Positions 10,554 through 19,803 of a stretch of 64,000 nucleotides of DNA are shown here, one piece after another. The position numbers were made by a program, and so were the translations under genes. Below the pieces are notes generated by a model. That model saw only the letters and a list, made by a program, of their open reading frames with translations, did no database searches and had not been told where the DNA came from. The stretch is from contig OY762463.1 in the NCBI GenBank assembly GCA_963665815.1, positions 1,408,001 to 1,472,000 of the forward strand. The letters are read 5' to 3'. Position 1 is the first letter of the stretch, and each line of letters starts with the position of its first letter. Origin of the DNA: Candidatus Cloacimonadales bacterium (GTDB taxonomy: Bacteria > Cloacimonadota > Cloacimonadia > Cloacimonadales > JAIOQZ01).

Positions 10554-11266
10554 TGTCTTACACAAAATTACTTTCCAAAAAAGAATTCAGAGGATATTTC
10601 CAAAGTCCTGCTGCATATATAGTTTTAATTGTATTTCTGGTATATTCCGGATGGTTTTTTACATCAAGACTTTTTATAATCAATCAGGCTGAATTAAGAA
10701 CACTCTTTGAATATGTTCCAATGATATTTTTGTTCTTCATTCCGGCAATTACAATGGGAACACTTGCCAGGGAAAAAAACTCAGGAACAATTGAGCTTCT
10801 TTCCACACTTCCTTTGAAAGAAAGCCATATTGTTCTTGGTAAATTCTTTGGAGCACTGGGACTTGTTTCAGTAGGTCTCCTGTTCACATTGATACATTTT
10901 TTCACAATTGTCCTTCTTGGTCATAATATTGATTATGGGGCAATCTTTACTGGTTATCTGGGGCTGTTCCTTCTCGGAGCATCGTTCTCAGCTATCGGAG
11001 TATTTGCTTCCTGTCTGACCAAGAATCAGATTATTGCATTCATCATAAGCTTTATGATTGTTTTCTTCTTCTTTTCTATCGAAGGGATGCTGATATTCAT
11101 GCCAGCAGGTCTGACATCTTTCTTCCAGTATCTCAGTATAACATATCACCTGCGTAATGTATCTCATGGAGTAATCGATACCCGAAACATTGTGTATTTT
11201 GTTTCACTGACATTCTTATTCCTGAGACTGGCATTTTTCACCTTAGAAAGCAGAAAATGGAAGTAG
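10553..11266 (+). CDS. ABC-2 permease (GldF-like)
   Basis: KEFRGYFQSP, EKNSGTIELL, IVLGKF, GVIDTRN; about 6 TM helices. Confidence 0.88.
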   Translation: MSYTKLLSKKEFRGYFQSPAAYIVLIVFLVYSGWFFTSRLFIINQAELRTLFEYVPMIFLFFIPAITMGTLAREKNSGTIELLSTLPLKESHIVLGKFFGALGLVSVGLLFTLIHFFTIVLLGHNIDYGAIFTGYLGLFLLGASFSAIGVFASCLTKNQIIAFIISFMIVFFFFSIEGMLIFMPAGLTSFFQYLSITYHLRNVSHGVIDTRNIVYFVSLTFLFLRLAFFTLESRKWK

Positions 11267-11269
11267 GAG

Positions 11270-12877
11270 ATGAGTATGAACGTGAAAAGTAAGCAATCTT
11301 TAATAGTTAACATTATTATACTTGCAGCAATTCTGGTTTTTGTAAACCTTATATCGCTGTCATTTTTCTACAGACTTGATTTATCCAAAGGAAAAGTATA
11401 TTCACTTTCCAAAGCAAGTAAAAAGATAGTTGGTAAACTCGACGACAAGCTTCTTGTAAAAGCTTATTTCACTGAGAATCTTCCTGCTGAGTATGCAGAT
11501 GCATCTCGATATGTAAGAGACTTACTCGGCGAATATCAGGCTTATTCAAAAGGTAAATTCAAATTTGAATTTATCGATCCAAGCAGTGAAGAAGACCTTA
11601 AAATGGAAGCCAGAAAGAATATGATTTCCCCTGTACAGATGCGAGTGATTGAAGACGACCAGTTTGTTGTTCGCGAAGTATACATGGGACTTCAGTTTAA
11701 CTACAGAAACAAGTCCGAATCAATACCATTCATTCAAAATACAACAGGTATTGAGTATGAAATATCCAGTATGATCAAAAGAGTTACAGCAATTGGTCTT
11801 AAAAAAGTGGCATTCTTTGCTCCGGAAGATGAAGATTTTCAGCCTGTCAGACGACAAAATCAACAGACAGTATCTGAACCATTTGAATCAATAAAGACAA
11901 TGATAGCTAAAGATCATGAGCTTCAGGATACAGATCTTACTCAACCTATCTCTCCAGATGTCTCAGCATTGTTTATTACAGGTGTCGAAGACTCATTAAC
12001 GAATCAACAGTTGTTTAATCTTGATCAATTCATGATGAATAATGGAAATCTGGTAATATTGCAGGATAGAATGATTGGAGATGTAAAAAACGGAAGAGCT
12101 ACAGAAATTAATTCCAACATATTTGATCTTCTTCAGAATTATGGAGTGACAATCAAGAAAAACATTGTTGCAGATGCACAATGCGGTAAGATTACACTTA
12201 CCCAGAAACAGGGGATCTTCGTTAGAAATACACCTGTAAACTATCCGCCATTCCCTATTATTCTTCAGCAGGATTCGGATAATGTTATTGTTAAGAATCT
12301 GGATGGTATCCAACTGATCTATGTTTCGGAAATTGATACTGTGATGACTAATAAGGAACTTAAATTTGAACCTCTCCTTACAACTTCTCCGTATTCAGGA
12401 ACAGTTATTGGTCCAAATTATGATATTAGTTATTCCAAATATCTTCAGCAAAACCTCAAGCTTATGCTGAATGAAGGTCCTAAAGTAGTTGCCGGTATTT
12501 ACACCGGTACAATTAAAAGCATTTACGGAAATGGTGATGAACTTACTACAGGTACTCATATATCTGAAAATAAGAATGCCAGAATACTGCTTCTTGCTGA
12601 CGGAGACTTCGTAAAAGAAACAGGTGGAGCAGGTATTAAGAACAATATTAATCTGGTACTTAACTCTGTAGATTATATGGTATCCGATGATGATCTCATT
12701 AACATCAGATCCAGGGAAATTGAATTTAAACCTTTGAAAGAAATTTCAACAAGCTTTAAAAGAACACTGAAAATTATAAACATTGCAGCTCCGTCTCTGT
12801 TATTACTGATAATCGGACTGATAATTTATAGAAAAGAAAGACAAAAAAGAAAAATGATAAGGGAGATGTATGAATAA
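11270..12877 (+). CDS. ABC transporter auxiliary component (GldG-like)
   Basis: RLDLSKGKVYSLS, FEFIDP, EYEISSMI, LDQFMM, DLINIRSR, C-terminal TM. Confidence 0.88.
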   Translation: MSMNVKSKQSLIVNIIILAAILVFVNLISLSFFYRLDLSKGKVYSLSKASKKIVGKLDDKLLVKAYFTENLPAEYADASRYVRDLLGEYQAYSKGKFKFEFIDPSSEEDLKMEARKNMISPVQMRVIEDDQFVVREVYMGLQFNYRNKSESIPFIQNTTGIEYEISSMIKRVTAIGLKKVAFFAPEDEDFQPVRRQNQQTVSEPFESIKTMIAKDHELQDTDLTQPISPDVSALFITGVEDSLTNQQLFNLDQFMMNNGNLVILQDRMIGDVKNGRATEINSNIFDLLQNYGVTIKKNIVADAQCGKITLTQKQGIFVRNTPVNYPPFPIILQQDSDNVIVKNLDGIQLIYVSEIDTVMTNKELKFEPLLTTSPYSGTVIGPNYDISYSKYLQQNLKLMLNEGPKVVAGIYTGTIKSIYGNGDELTTGTHISENKNARILLLADGDFVKETGGAGIKNNINLVLNSVDYMVSDDDLINIRSREIEFKPLKEISTSFKRTLKIINIAAPSLLLLIIGLIIYRKERQKRKMIREMYE

Positions 12878-13799
12878 GAAGAACTTAATTTACATTGGAG
12901 TACTTGCAGTTCTGGTACTGATATATTTCCTGTCAAAGGGACTGGTAAACTATACAGAGAAACAGATTGATTTCTTCAAGGCTGATTCTGTCAGTATTAA
13001 CCGAATTACACTATCATCACCTGAAGGTGAAGTTGAACTTGTGAAGAAAGATGGAGAATGGTTACTCACCAAACCTGTTGAGTATCCCGCAGAAAAGAAC
13101 AGTATTTCTCGATTCTTTGAGAAAGTTCTTCATGTTAAAGCAAGTTCTTCCCCATTAGCAGAAAGTAAAGAATCTCTGAAATTCTTTGGAATGGAAGATA
13201 GTGTTGCTATTAATTTGAAAATCTATGGAACCGGTAGTAATCTTCTTGAAGATGTCTACATCGCCAAAGCTAATAATTATAACTATTCTCTGGGGCGATA
13301 CGCCAACAGTACGGAAATCCTGCAGTTGAATACTCAGGTATTCTCTCTTCTGAATCCAAAGGCCGATTACTGGAGAAAACGTGCTGTTCTTGATGTAAAA
13401 AAAGAAGATATAGCATCAATAGATGTTAAATATACTCGAAATGAATATTCTCTGACTGCTACAGATTCATTATGGATATATAAGGACAGTGAAGAAGAAT
13501 TCGGTGTAGCAAAGATTAATCCCCAGATCCAGAAAGTTTTTGGGGGGATTCTTTTTGCATCCACCAGTGAATTTCTTGATTTTGGTTATGATGAATATGC
13601 TGAAAGATTCAAGAAGCCAACTTTAATTGTTCAGGTTAATCTTAAGAACGGTGAAAAAGTTAATCTTACATCAATCCATCTGAAAGAAGACAATAACAGA
13701 TTCCTTGTTATGAAAGACGGAAATACGGATCACCTGTTCTACCTTCCAAAAACCTGGTCAGAAAGATTCACAAAATCATATAATCATTTCAAGAAATAG
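12870..13799 (+). CDS. DUF4340-domain protein
   Basis: N-terminal TM, two ELVKKDGEW-like repeats, WRKRAVL; usual position after GldG-like genes. Confidence 0.75.
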   Translation: MNKKNLIYIGVLAVLVLIYFLSKGLVNYTEKQIDFFKADSVSINRITLSSPEGEVELVKKDGEWLLTKPVEYPAEKNSISRFFEKVLHVKASSSPLAESKESLKFFGMEDSVAINLKIYGTGSNLLEDVYIAKANNYNYSLGRYANSTEILQLNTQVFSLLNPKADYWRKRAVLDVKKEDIASIDVKYTRNEYSLTATDSLWIYKDSEEEFGVAKINPQIQKVFGGILFASTSEFLDFGYDEYAERFKKPTLIVQVNLKNGEKVNLTSIHLKEDNNRFLVMKDGNTDHLFYLPKTWSERFTKSYNHFKK

Positions 13800-13833
13800 A
13801 TAATCAGTAACTAATTGAAAACTAATAGAATCG

Positions 13834-13862
13834 AAGGTCAGCTGTAAAGTTGACCTTTTTTT
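13834..13862 (+). terminator. Intrinsic terminator of the transporter operon
   Basis: AAGGTCAGC-tgtaaa-GTTGACCTT followed by a T run. Confidence 0.8.
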
Positions 13863-13944
13863 AATTGTAAATGTGCGAAAATTTATCAAAATAAAGTCTT
13901 GACAGAGAAATCAAGAAATAATTGTTTGCTACTGTATTTAATGT

Positions 13945-14019
13945 TCCTGAGTAGCTCAGTGGTAGAGCAGTTGGCTGTTAACCAATTTGTCGGGGGTTCA
14001 AATCCCTCCTCAGGAGCCA
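13945..14019 (+). tRNA. tRNA-Asn (GTT)
   Basis: Cloverleaf TCCTGAG...CTCAGGA-G-CCA, D arm AGCTCAGTGGTAGAGC, anticodon arm TTGG-CT-GTT-AA-CCAA, GGTTCAAATCC. Confidence 0.97.
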
Positions 14020-14038
14020 TTTAAATTACACCTTACGT

Positions 14039-14113
14039 TCCTGAGTAGCTCAGTGGTAGAGCAGTTGGCTGTTAACCAATTTGTCGGGGGTTCAAATCCC
14101 TCCTCAGGAGCCA
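14039..14113 (+). tRNA. tRNA-Asn (GTT), identical tandem copy
   Basis: Same 75-nt sequence as 13945-14019, 19-bp spacer. Confidence 0.97.
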
Positions 14114-14409
14114 TTTTTTTTGCCCAGTCGAAAACCTGAATACAATTCATTTTAGTTGATATATATTATAGAACAAACTTTTTCATCCAATAGATAAAAC
14201 ACTTCTGAATTAATTACCAAAATTTGTACTTTGAAATCACAGTATGTTACTCAAATCACTTATTTCCATTTTTCTTTTTTCTTGACTCATAGTTTATAAT
14301 TATTTTTGATCGCAATATTCTATGGTAAATAAATAGAATAGTGTTAAGAAGTGTAAGATTTTTTTCCAGAAGAATGAAGATGAATGTCTATTGAAGAAAA
14401 TATGGAAAT

Positions 14410-14508
14410 AAAACCACTTAGATTTATACGCATGTTACAAACGTAGCAAAAAGCAAAATTATAGGGTCTTTGGATAATCTGAATTTGGCCGAAAACAATG
14501 AGAAGTAA
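14410..14508 (+). pseudogene. C-terminal remnant of a tyrosine recombinase/integrase
   Basis: Manual translation KTT*IYTHVTNVAKSKIIGSLDNLNLAENNEK*, matching the 'KTTEIYTHV...SPLD' catalytic-Tyr tail, with TAG at the Glu position. Confidence 0.65.
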
Positions 14509-14597
14509 AGCAAATCTAAATGTAATATACATGACATTGGGCGTATACAACCCCTAAATGGAAGGTGTTCACGACAAAATTATCGTGAGCAGATACA

Positions 14598-15445
14598 TTA
14601 TAAGCAAATACAGGAGAACTATTGGGTAAACTATACTTATTAGGTGACTTAGCAAGTAACTTTGTTGAAGTGATAAAACCTTTCATTGTAGATTCTGGAG
14701 GAGAGAATGCAAAAATTGCATTTTTGATTGCAGGTGGAAATGGATGGGAAAGTCATATTAAAAATTACATAAATCCTCTTAAGGAAAATGGTATAAATAA
14801 CATCTCAGTTATTGTTCCAAATGAAAACAGTTTTACAATTTCAGATGAAGATTATCATAAAATAAAAGATGCAACAGGAATTTTTGTAGGTGGAGGAAAT
14901 ACAGCAAACTATCAAAAAATATACTGTAATCATAAAACATCTAAAATTTTGATTGAAAAGTATAACAAAGGAATTCCATATGCAGGTTTATCTGCCGGTG
15001 CAATGATTCTTGCTGAAAGTTTCTTAAATGATGAATCAAATAATAATGTTTTAAATGGATTAGGAATTTTAAGCAACTTTTTTATAATTCCTCATTTTAT
15101 AGAACAAAATGGTTTCAAGTCAGTAATTGATAATTTTGAAAAAACTAATAATAATTTTGGACTTGGATTGAACAATTCTAGTTGTCTGGAAATTTTTAAC
15201 GAAAATAGTTATAAAGTGCTAGGTAGTTCACCTTGTTTCGTTTTCAAAAGAAAAGTAGAAAATTATGAATTTCAGATTTATCATTCTGATAGTAGTTTCA
15301 AAATAGAAGTATAGAATTTGCTTATAACAATCACATCCACATTTCATCTGGTCAGTCGGAGGTCGTTGAATCTTTCGATTCAACATCAAGTTGGATTTGA
15401 AAATATTAACCCGCAATGGCTCGTGGCATAGCCTGTCCATTATAC
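14598..15445 (+). mobile_element. Putative integron-like gene cassette (peptidase gene plus degenerate attC-like site)
   Basis: TTATAAGCAAAT (14598-14609) before the RBS is the exact reverse complement of ATTTGCTTATAA(C) (15316-15328) right after the stop; the downstream segment has an internal hairpin and ends at ATTATAC (15439-15445). Confidence 0.5.
14622..15314 (+). CDS. Peptidase S51 family (cyanophycinase / peptidase E-like)
   Basis: GIFVGGGNT, YAGLSAGAM nucleophile elbow, GLG...IIPHF; CAGGAG RBS with TTG start. Confidence 0.85.
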   Translation: MGKLYLLGDLASNFVEVIKPFIVDSGGENAKIAFLIAGGNGWESHIKNYINPLKENGINNISVIVPNENSFTISDEDYHKIKDATGIFVGGGNTANYQKIYCNHKTSKILIEKYNKGIPYAGLSAGAMILAESFLNDESNNNVLNGLGILSNFFIIPHFIEQNGFKSVIDNFEKTNNNFGLGLNNSSCLEIFNENSYKVLGSSPCFVFKRKVENYEFQIYHSDSSFKIEV

Positions 15446-15556
15446 CCATATTAAATGTAAATTATTCCGAAATTGATGATTCCGAATTTAAAGTTTCTGA
15501 TGAAGATAAACATTTAAATTCTAAGTTTTATAAAGACTAACAAAACTGGATATGAA

Positions 15557-15860
15557 ATGAAGGAAATAGCAGAAGGAAAAGGTGATATTTTATTTTATAC
15601 AACTTCCGACGGTTCTGTAAAAATGGAAGTAATGTTTGAAAATGAAACTGTTTGGATGACGCAAAAGATGATTGCAGAATTGTTTGAAGTTAAACCGCAA
15701 AACATCACAATGCATCTCAAAAATATATATAAAGATGAGGAACTCATCAAAAAATCAACTTGTAAGGATTTCTTACAAGTTCAAAAAGAAGGCTCAAGAA
15801 ATGTTCGTAGAAATAGGAATTTTACAACTTAGATGCTATTATTGCAGTAGGAATACAGTA
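15557..15860 (+). pseudogene. Truncated, frameshifted RhuM-like (virulence RhuM/Fic-associated) DNA-binding protein
   Basis: ETVWMTQKMIAELFEV...NITMHLKNIYKDEEL...QKEGSR; the expected continuation FYNLDAIIAVG lies in another frame near 15821-15853, then stops. Confidence 0.75.
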
Positions 15861-15986
15861 AATTTCATCCATTATACACGGCATTAGTAACAGACAAAAC
15901 ATTTTTGAAATAATTACAAAAAAGTATTTGCATCTTTTGCTATACCGGTTAACTTATCCTCAAAAATATATGATGACGGAGGAAAC

Positions 15987-16490
15987 ATGTCACAGATTAC
16001 TTTTAAATCAAACCCTATGACTTTAAATAACGAACTGATAAAAGTTGGAGATAAAGCTCCTGAGTTTCAAGTAGTAGACGGAACTTTAGCACCTAAAAAA
16101 CTTTCTGATTATGATGGTAAGATCAAAGTTATAGCAACTTTCCCATCAATAGATACACCTGTTTGTCAGATGCAGGTTAGAGAATTCAACAAACGAGCTG
16201 CAGAATTTTCAGATGATGTAGTAGTACTTGGCATCAGCAAGGACCTTCCTTTCGCTCAGGCACGTTTTTGCGGAGCAGAAGGTATTGATGGCGTTCATAC
16301 GCTGTCAGACTATCAGAATGCTTCATTCTCACTTAACTACGGTCTTCACATCAACGAACTGGCATTAACTGCAAGATCTGTTCTGATTGTTGATAAAGAT
16401 AATATTGTCAGATATTTTGACCTGGTAAAAGAGCAGACTGACGAACCTGATTACAATGCGGCTGTCAACGCACTCAAAGAAATAGTTTAA
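15987..16490 (+). CDS. tpx: Thiol peroxidase (atypical 2-Cys peroxiredoxin)
   Basis: PSIDTPVC, ISKDLPFAQARFCGAEGI, EPDY. Confidence 0.95.
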   Translation: MSQITFKSNPMTLNNELIKVGDKAPEFQVVDGTLAPKKLSDYDGKIKVIATFPSIDTPVCQMQVREFNKRAAEFSDDVVVLGISKDLPFAQARFCGAEGIDGVHTLSDYQNASFSLNYGLHINELALTARSVLIVDKDNIVRYFDLVKEQTDEPDYNAAVNALKEIV

Positions 16491-16515
16491 GCAAAGCATA
16501 CATAGTATCTTCCCG

Positions 16516-16544
16516 GGACTGCTGATTTCAGCAGTCCTTTTTTT
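16516..16544 (+). terminator. Intrinsic terminator after tpx
   Basis: GGACTGCTG-attt-CAGCAGTCC followed by T7. Confidence 0.85.
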
Positions 16545-16579
16545 CTGGACATTATTCAACCCACTCAATTTCTCAGTTC

Positions 16580-17449
16580 ATGAATAAGAAAACAGGTTTT
16601 ATCACAGGAATCTCAGCTTATGTATTCTGGGGAGTTGCACCCATCTTCTGGAAAGCTATTACAGGAGTTGATGCTCTTTATATGCTCAACAGTCGTATTC
16701 TCTGGTCTTTCCTGTTTCTCATTGTATATTTCTTGTTCACGGGTAAATTAAAAACCATTAAAACCAGATTAACCAAGCATAATCTCCTTACAACTCTGCT
16801 ATCAGGTGTACTTATATCTGTAAACTGGGGAATATTTATTTATGCAATTTTTATCAATAGAGTTACCGAAGCCAGTCTGGGCTACTTCATCAACCCCTTA
16901 TTCTTTGTGTTTCTCGGGCTTATCTTTCTCAAGGAGAAAGTAAATACCTTTCAGAAAGCTGCCATCGTCACAGCCGGAATTGGTGTATTGTATCTGATAT
17001 TCATATATGGGAAAATTCCCTGGATTGCTCTTTGCCTGATATCTACATTCAGCGTTTATGGTTTGATCAAGAAGCAGTCGCAGCTAAAATCAATAGAAAG
17101 TCTGTTTCTGGAAACTGCCTGGCTGGTAATTCCGGCAGCAGCATTTATCATTTACTTTGAGTTAACAGGTAAAGGTGTGTTCTTTGACTCAGGCTTAAAA
17201 AACATGATTCTGGTTCCCCTTTCAGGTCCGGTCACAGCATTTCCTTTACTCTTGTTTGCAGCATCAGCAAAAAGAATTACACTAATAAACGTTGGATTCC
17301 TGCAATATATTGCGCCAGTATTACAGTTTCTACTTGGAGTATTGATTTATAAGGAAGAGTTTCCAATGGTTAAGGCTGTTGGTTATTCAATAATCTGGGC
17401 AGCAATATTGATATATCTCGTTAGTCTTAGAAAAATAAAAAAATTGTAA
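16580..17449 (+). CDS. rarD: EamA-family transporter RarD
   Basis: AYVFWG, NWGIFIYA, EASLGYFINPL, YGLIKK, GFLQYIAP. Confidence 0.92.
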   Translation: MNKKTGFITGISAYVFWGVAPIFWKAITGVDALYMLNSRILWSFLFLIVYFLFTGKLKTIKTRLTKHNLLTTLLSGVLISVNWGIFIYAIFINRVTEASLGYFINPLFFVFLGLIFLKEKVNTFQKAAIVTAGIGVLYLIFIYGKIPWIALCLISTFSVYGLIKKQSQLKSIESLFLETAWLVIPAAAFIIYFELTGKGVFFDSGLKNMILVPLSGPVTAFPLLLFAASAKRITLINVGFLQYIAPVLQFLLGVLIYKEEFPMVKAVGYSIIWAAILIYLVSLRKIKKL

Positions 17450-17452
17450 CTC

Positions 17453-18556
17453 TTACTTACTAGCAACAAGTGTTTTATATAATTCAAGATTCTTTTGGTA
17501 TGTATAGTCTCTTGAGAATTTCTCAACTGTTTTCATCCCCTCTTCCCCATATTGTTTCCTCAGTTCGGGAGAATCAATAAGTTTTATCAGTCCATCAGCC
17601 AATGCCTGACTGTTCTGCCTTTCTACCAGAACTCCATTTATACCATTCTGAACAGCTTCAGGTATACCACCTGTGTTCGTTCCTACAACAGGCAAACCTT
17701 GTGCCTGTGCGTCAAGAATGGAGGTACCAAGACCTTCTAATTTTGAAGCCATAACAAAAATATCGAAAAACTTAAGGAAATTTCCCACATCTTTCCTGAA
17801 TCCGGTAAATATAAAGTATTTCTGTAAGTTTTTAGAATTGATGAGTGCTTCCATTTGCTCCTTCAGAGCTCCATCTCCAACAGCTATGAAAGAGACATTT
17901 TTCCTTTCTCTGATTACATATTCAGCCGCTTCAATCAAATTAGGATAGTCTTTATGTCCGACAAAAGCAGCAATTGTACCTACAATAACATTATCAGCAG
18001 GAATGTTCAATGACTCCCTGAAATCTGCAGGAACAACAACTTCATCAAATTTATGCAAATCAACACCGCTATGAATAGTTACCAATTTGTTTTCATCAAC
18101 TCCATCCTGCAAAAGTACATTTCTGATACCTTTAGAGATACAGACAATTTTATTCATCTTTTCGGAAAAATATTTTCTTCTGCTGAAATAATTGCTGCGA
18201 ATATGAAAGTCAACTCTTCTTACACCTATCAAAATCACTGAAGGCATGAAAAATTTTGCAATAAGTCCCAATCCCATTGCATGGGCTGTATGAAGATGCA
18301 ATACATTAAAATTATGTTTTCGACAAATTCTGGAAATTCTATATCCTGCCGGTATATCCAACTCGCCCCTGACTCTGATTGCAAAATGAGGAAGCCCTTT
18401 CTTGTAGCAATATTCCTCGAGTTCGTAACCTTTTTTACATAGCATGGCAGTATCATAACCATTTTCAGACATTTTTTCAAACAGATAGACAGCTTGCTGC
18501 TGTCCTCCCCGCCAGCCTTTCTCTGTATCAATATGGAGAACCTTAAAACTACTCAT
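17453..18556 (-). CDS. Glycosyltransferase family 4
   Basis: WRGGQQQ, HKDY, GFRKDV, SKLEGLGTSILDA, PVVGTNTGGIPE; start placed at ATG 18556 (MSSFK), overlapping the stop of the upstream gene. Confidence 0.9.
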   Translation of the reverse strand: MSSFKVLHIDTEKGWRGGQQQAVYLFEKMSENGYDTAMLCKKGYELEEYCYKKGLPHFAIRVRGELDIPAGYRISRICRKHNFNVLHLHTAHAMGLGLIAKFFMPSVILIGVRRVDFHIRSNYFSRRKYFSEKMNKIVCISKGIRNVLLQDGVDENKLVTIHSGVDLHKFDEVVVPADFRESLNIPADNVIVGTIAAFVGHKDYPNLIEAAEYVIRERKNVSFIAVGDGALKEQMEALINSKNLQKYFIFTGFRKDVGNFLKFFDIFVMASKLEGLGTSILDAQAQGLPVVGTNTGGIPEAVQNGINGVLVERQNSQALADGLIKLIDSPELRKQYGEEGMKTVEKFSRDYTYQKNLELYKTLVASK

Positions 18557-18944
18557 TAGTCCTTTTTCTTTTATCCATAAACAAGTCAAGCGATAAGAAT
18601 ACAAGAATTATAACAAAAATTATAATCTGAGGGATCGAACTCCTAATCACTTGAGGATGTAGAAGAAGACCAAGAATCAAATATGTAGAAAAGTTCGCAA
18701 TAATGTATCCGATAGGTATATAACTTACAAAGCCTTTTACTTTGATTTTTTTAAGTCCTTTCAAGACTTGCATGGCTCCAACAAGTATCAGGAGTACTCC
18801 CCCCTGATAAATCATAATTCGTGTTGATCCAATTGTTATCATATCGGAAATACTCTCAGACAAGGCTTTCAGCTGTACAATTTCACCATAGATCAAGTGC
18901 ACAACTCCAACCAGAATAATCAATATACCGGAAATAAGTGCCAT
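18549..18944 (-). CDS. Hypothetical 4-TM membrane protein
   Basis: GAGG RBS, four hydrophobic segments. Confidence 0.7.
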   Translation of the reverse strand: MALISGILIILVGVVHLIYGEIVQLKALSESISDMITIGSTRIMIYQGGVLLILVGAMQVLKGLKKIKVKGFVSYIPIGYIIANFSTYLILGLLLHPQVIRSSIPQIIIFVIILVFLSLDLFMDKRKRTNE

Positions 18945-18958
18945 ATTACCTCTCTTTG

Positions 18959-19795
18959 CTATTTAAGCTCATTTAAGCCCGTTAACCTACTGAAAACCTC
19001 TTTCCCCTTTGAAAAATATTGTTGTTTGAAATGTAGATCATCTCTATAATATTCATCAGGTAAAAATGAAATTTTATCGAAATAATTATCCATTAAATCC
19101 GACATTGTTCCCTCTATTAGGTATTTGCTCTTAAATTGTTTGATATCATTTATTTTAGATTCCCTGAGTGGAGGAGAAAGTACTTCAAATTCGATTCCAT
19201 GTTCTCTTGTCAGTTCTACAAATTTCTGCAAATACTCCCGAGTGATTTCTGAGATAAAAACGTCAGGTTCTTCAACTTCAAAATCCGGAGCAAAATAATT
19301 AATTGCAACAGGAGGAAATCTGGCGAGAAAATAAAGCGGATAACTCCTGATCTGCTTATATACATTGTCAGTAAAATACTTCTTATATTCTTTCTTGTAG
19401 AAAGGTTTTAGGAAATGATTATATGAGTATATATGATCTATGTTGTTGGAAAATGAGAATGGATTATAAAAGAAAAAGACCTTTTTTACTTCTGAGTTTT
19501 TTTCAAGAAAATTTCTGAGCAAAAAATAATGACCAATAACATCTATTGCCTGATTGCAGGCTAAGTTAACAATTCCGTTTTCTCCTGATTTTATATATTC
19601 ATATGTACTCCCGGCAACACTATCCCCCATTAGAAGGATTTGCGCTCCATAAATCTCTTTCTTTGATAATTCAATTTTGCTGTAAACTCTCCTATTAGGT
19701 AACAATTTTGTATATATTCCACTCAACTCAATAACCCAGCAGATGCTGATGAAAAGCAAAGAAAATGTAATTGATTTTAATATAAATTTTCTCAT
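18959..19795 (-). CDS. Membrane-anchored SGNH-like protein, likely partner of the MBOAT
   Basis: N-terminal TM, LMGDS (block I Ser), YRDDLH (DxxH); start moved to ATG 19795 after AGGTGG. Confidence 0.65.
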   Translation of the reverse strand: MRKFILKSITFSLLFISICWVIELSGIYTKLLPNRRVYSKIELSKKEIYGAQILLMGDSVAGSTYEYIKSGENGIVNLACNQAIDVIGHYFLLRNFLEKNSEVKKVFFFYNPFSFSNNIDHIYSYNHFLKPFYKKEYKKYFTDNVYKQIRSYPLYFLARFPPVAINYFAPDFEVEEPDVFISEITREYLQKFVELTREHGIEFEVLSPPLRESKINDIKQFKSKYLIEGTMSDLMDNYFDKISFLPDEYYRDDLHFKQQYFSKGKEVFSRLTGLNELK

Positions 19796-19803
19796 GGGAC
19801 CAC

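Noticed and set aside
14344-14550. 68-aa minus-strand ORF
   Set aside because: It is the antisense shadow of the integrase remnant and has no recognisable motif.
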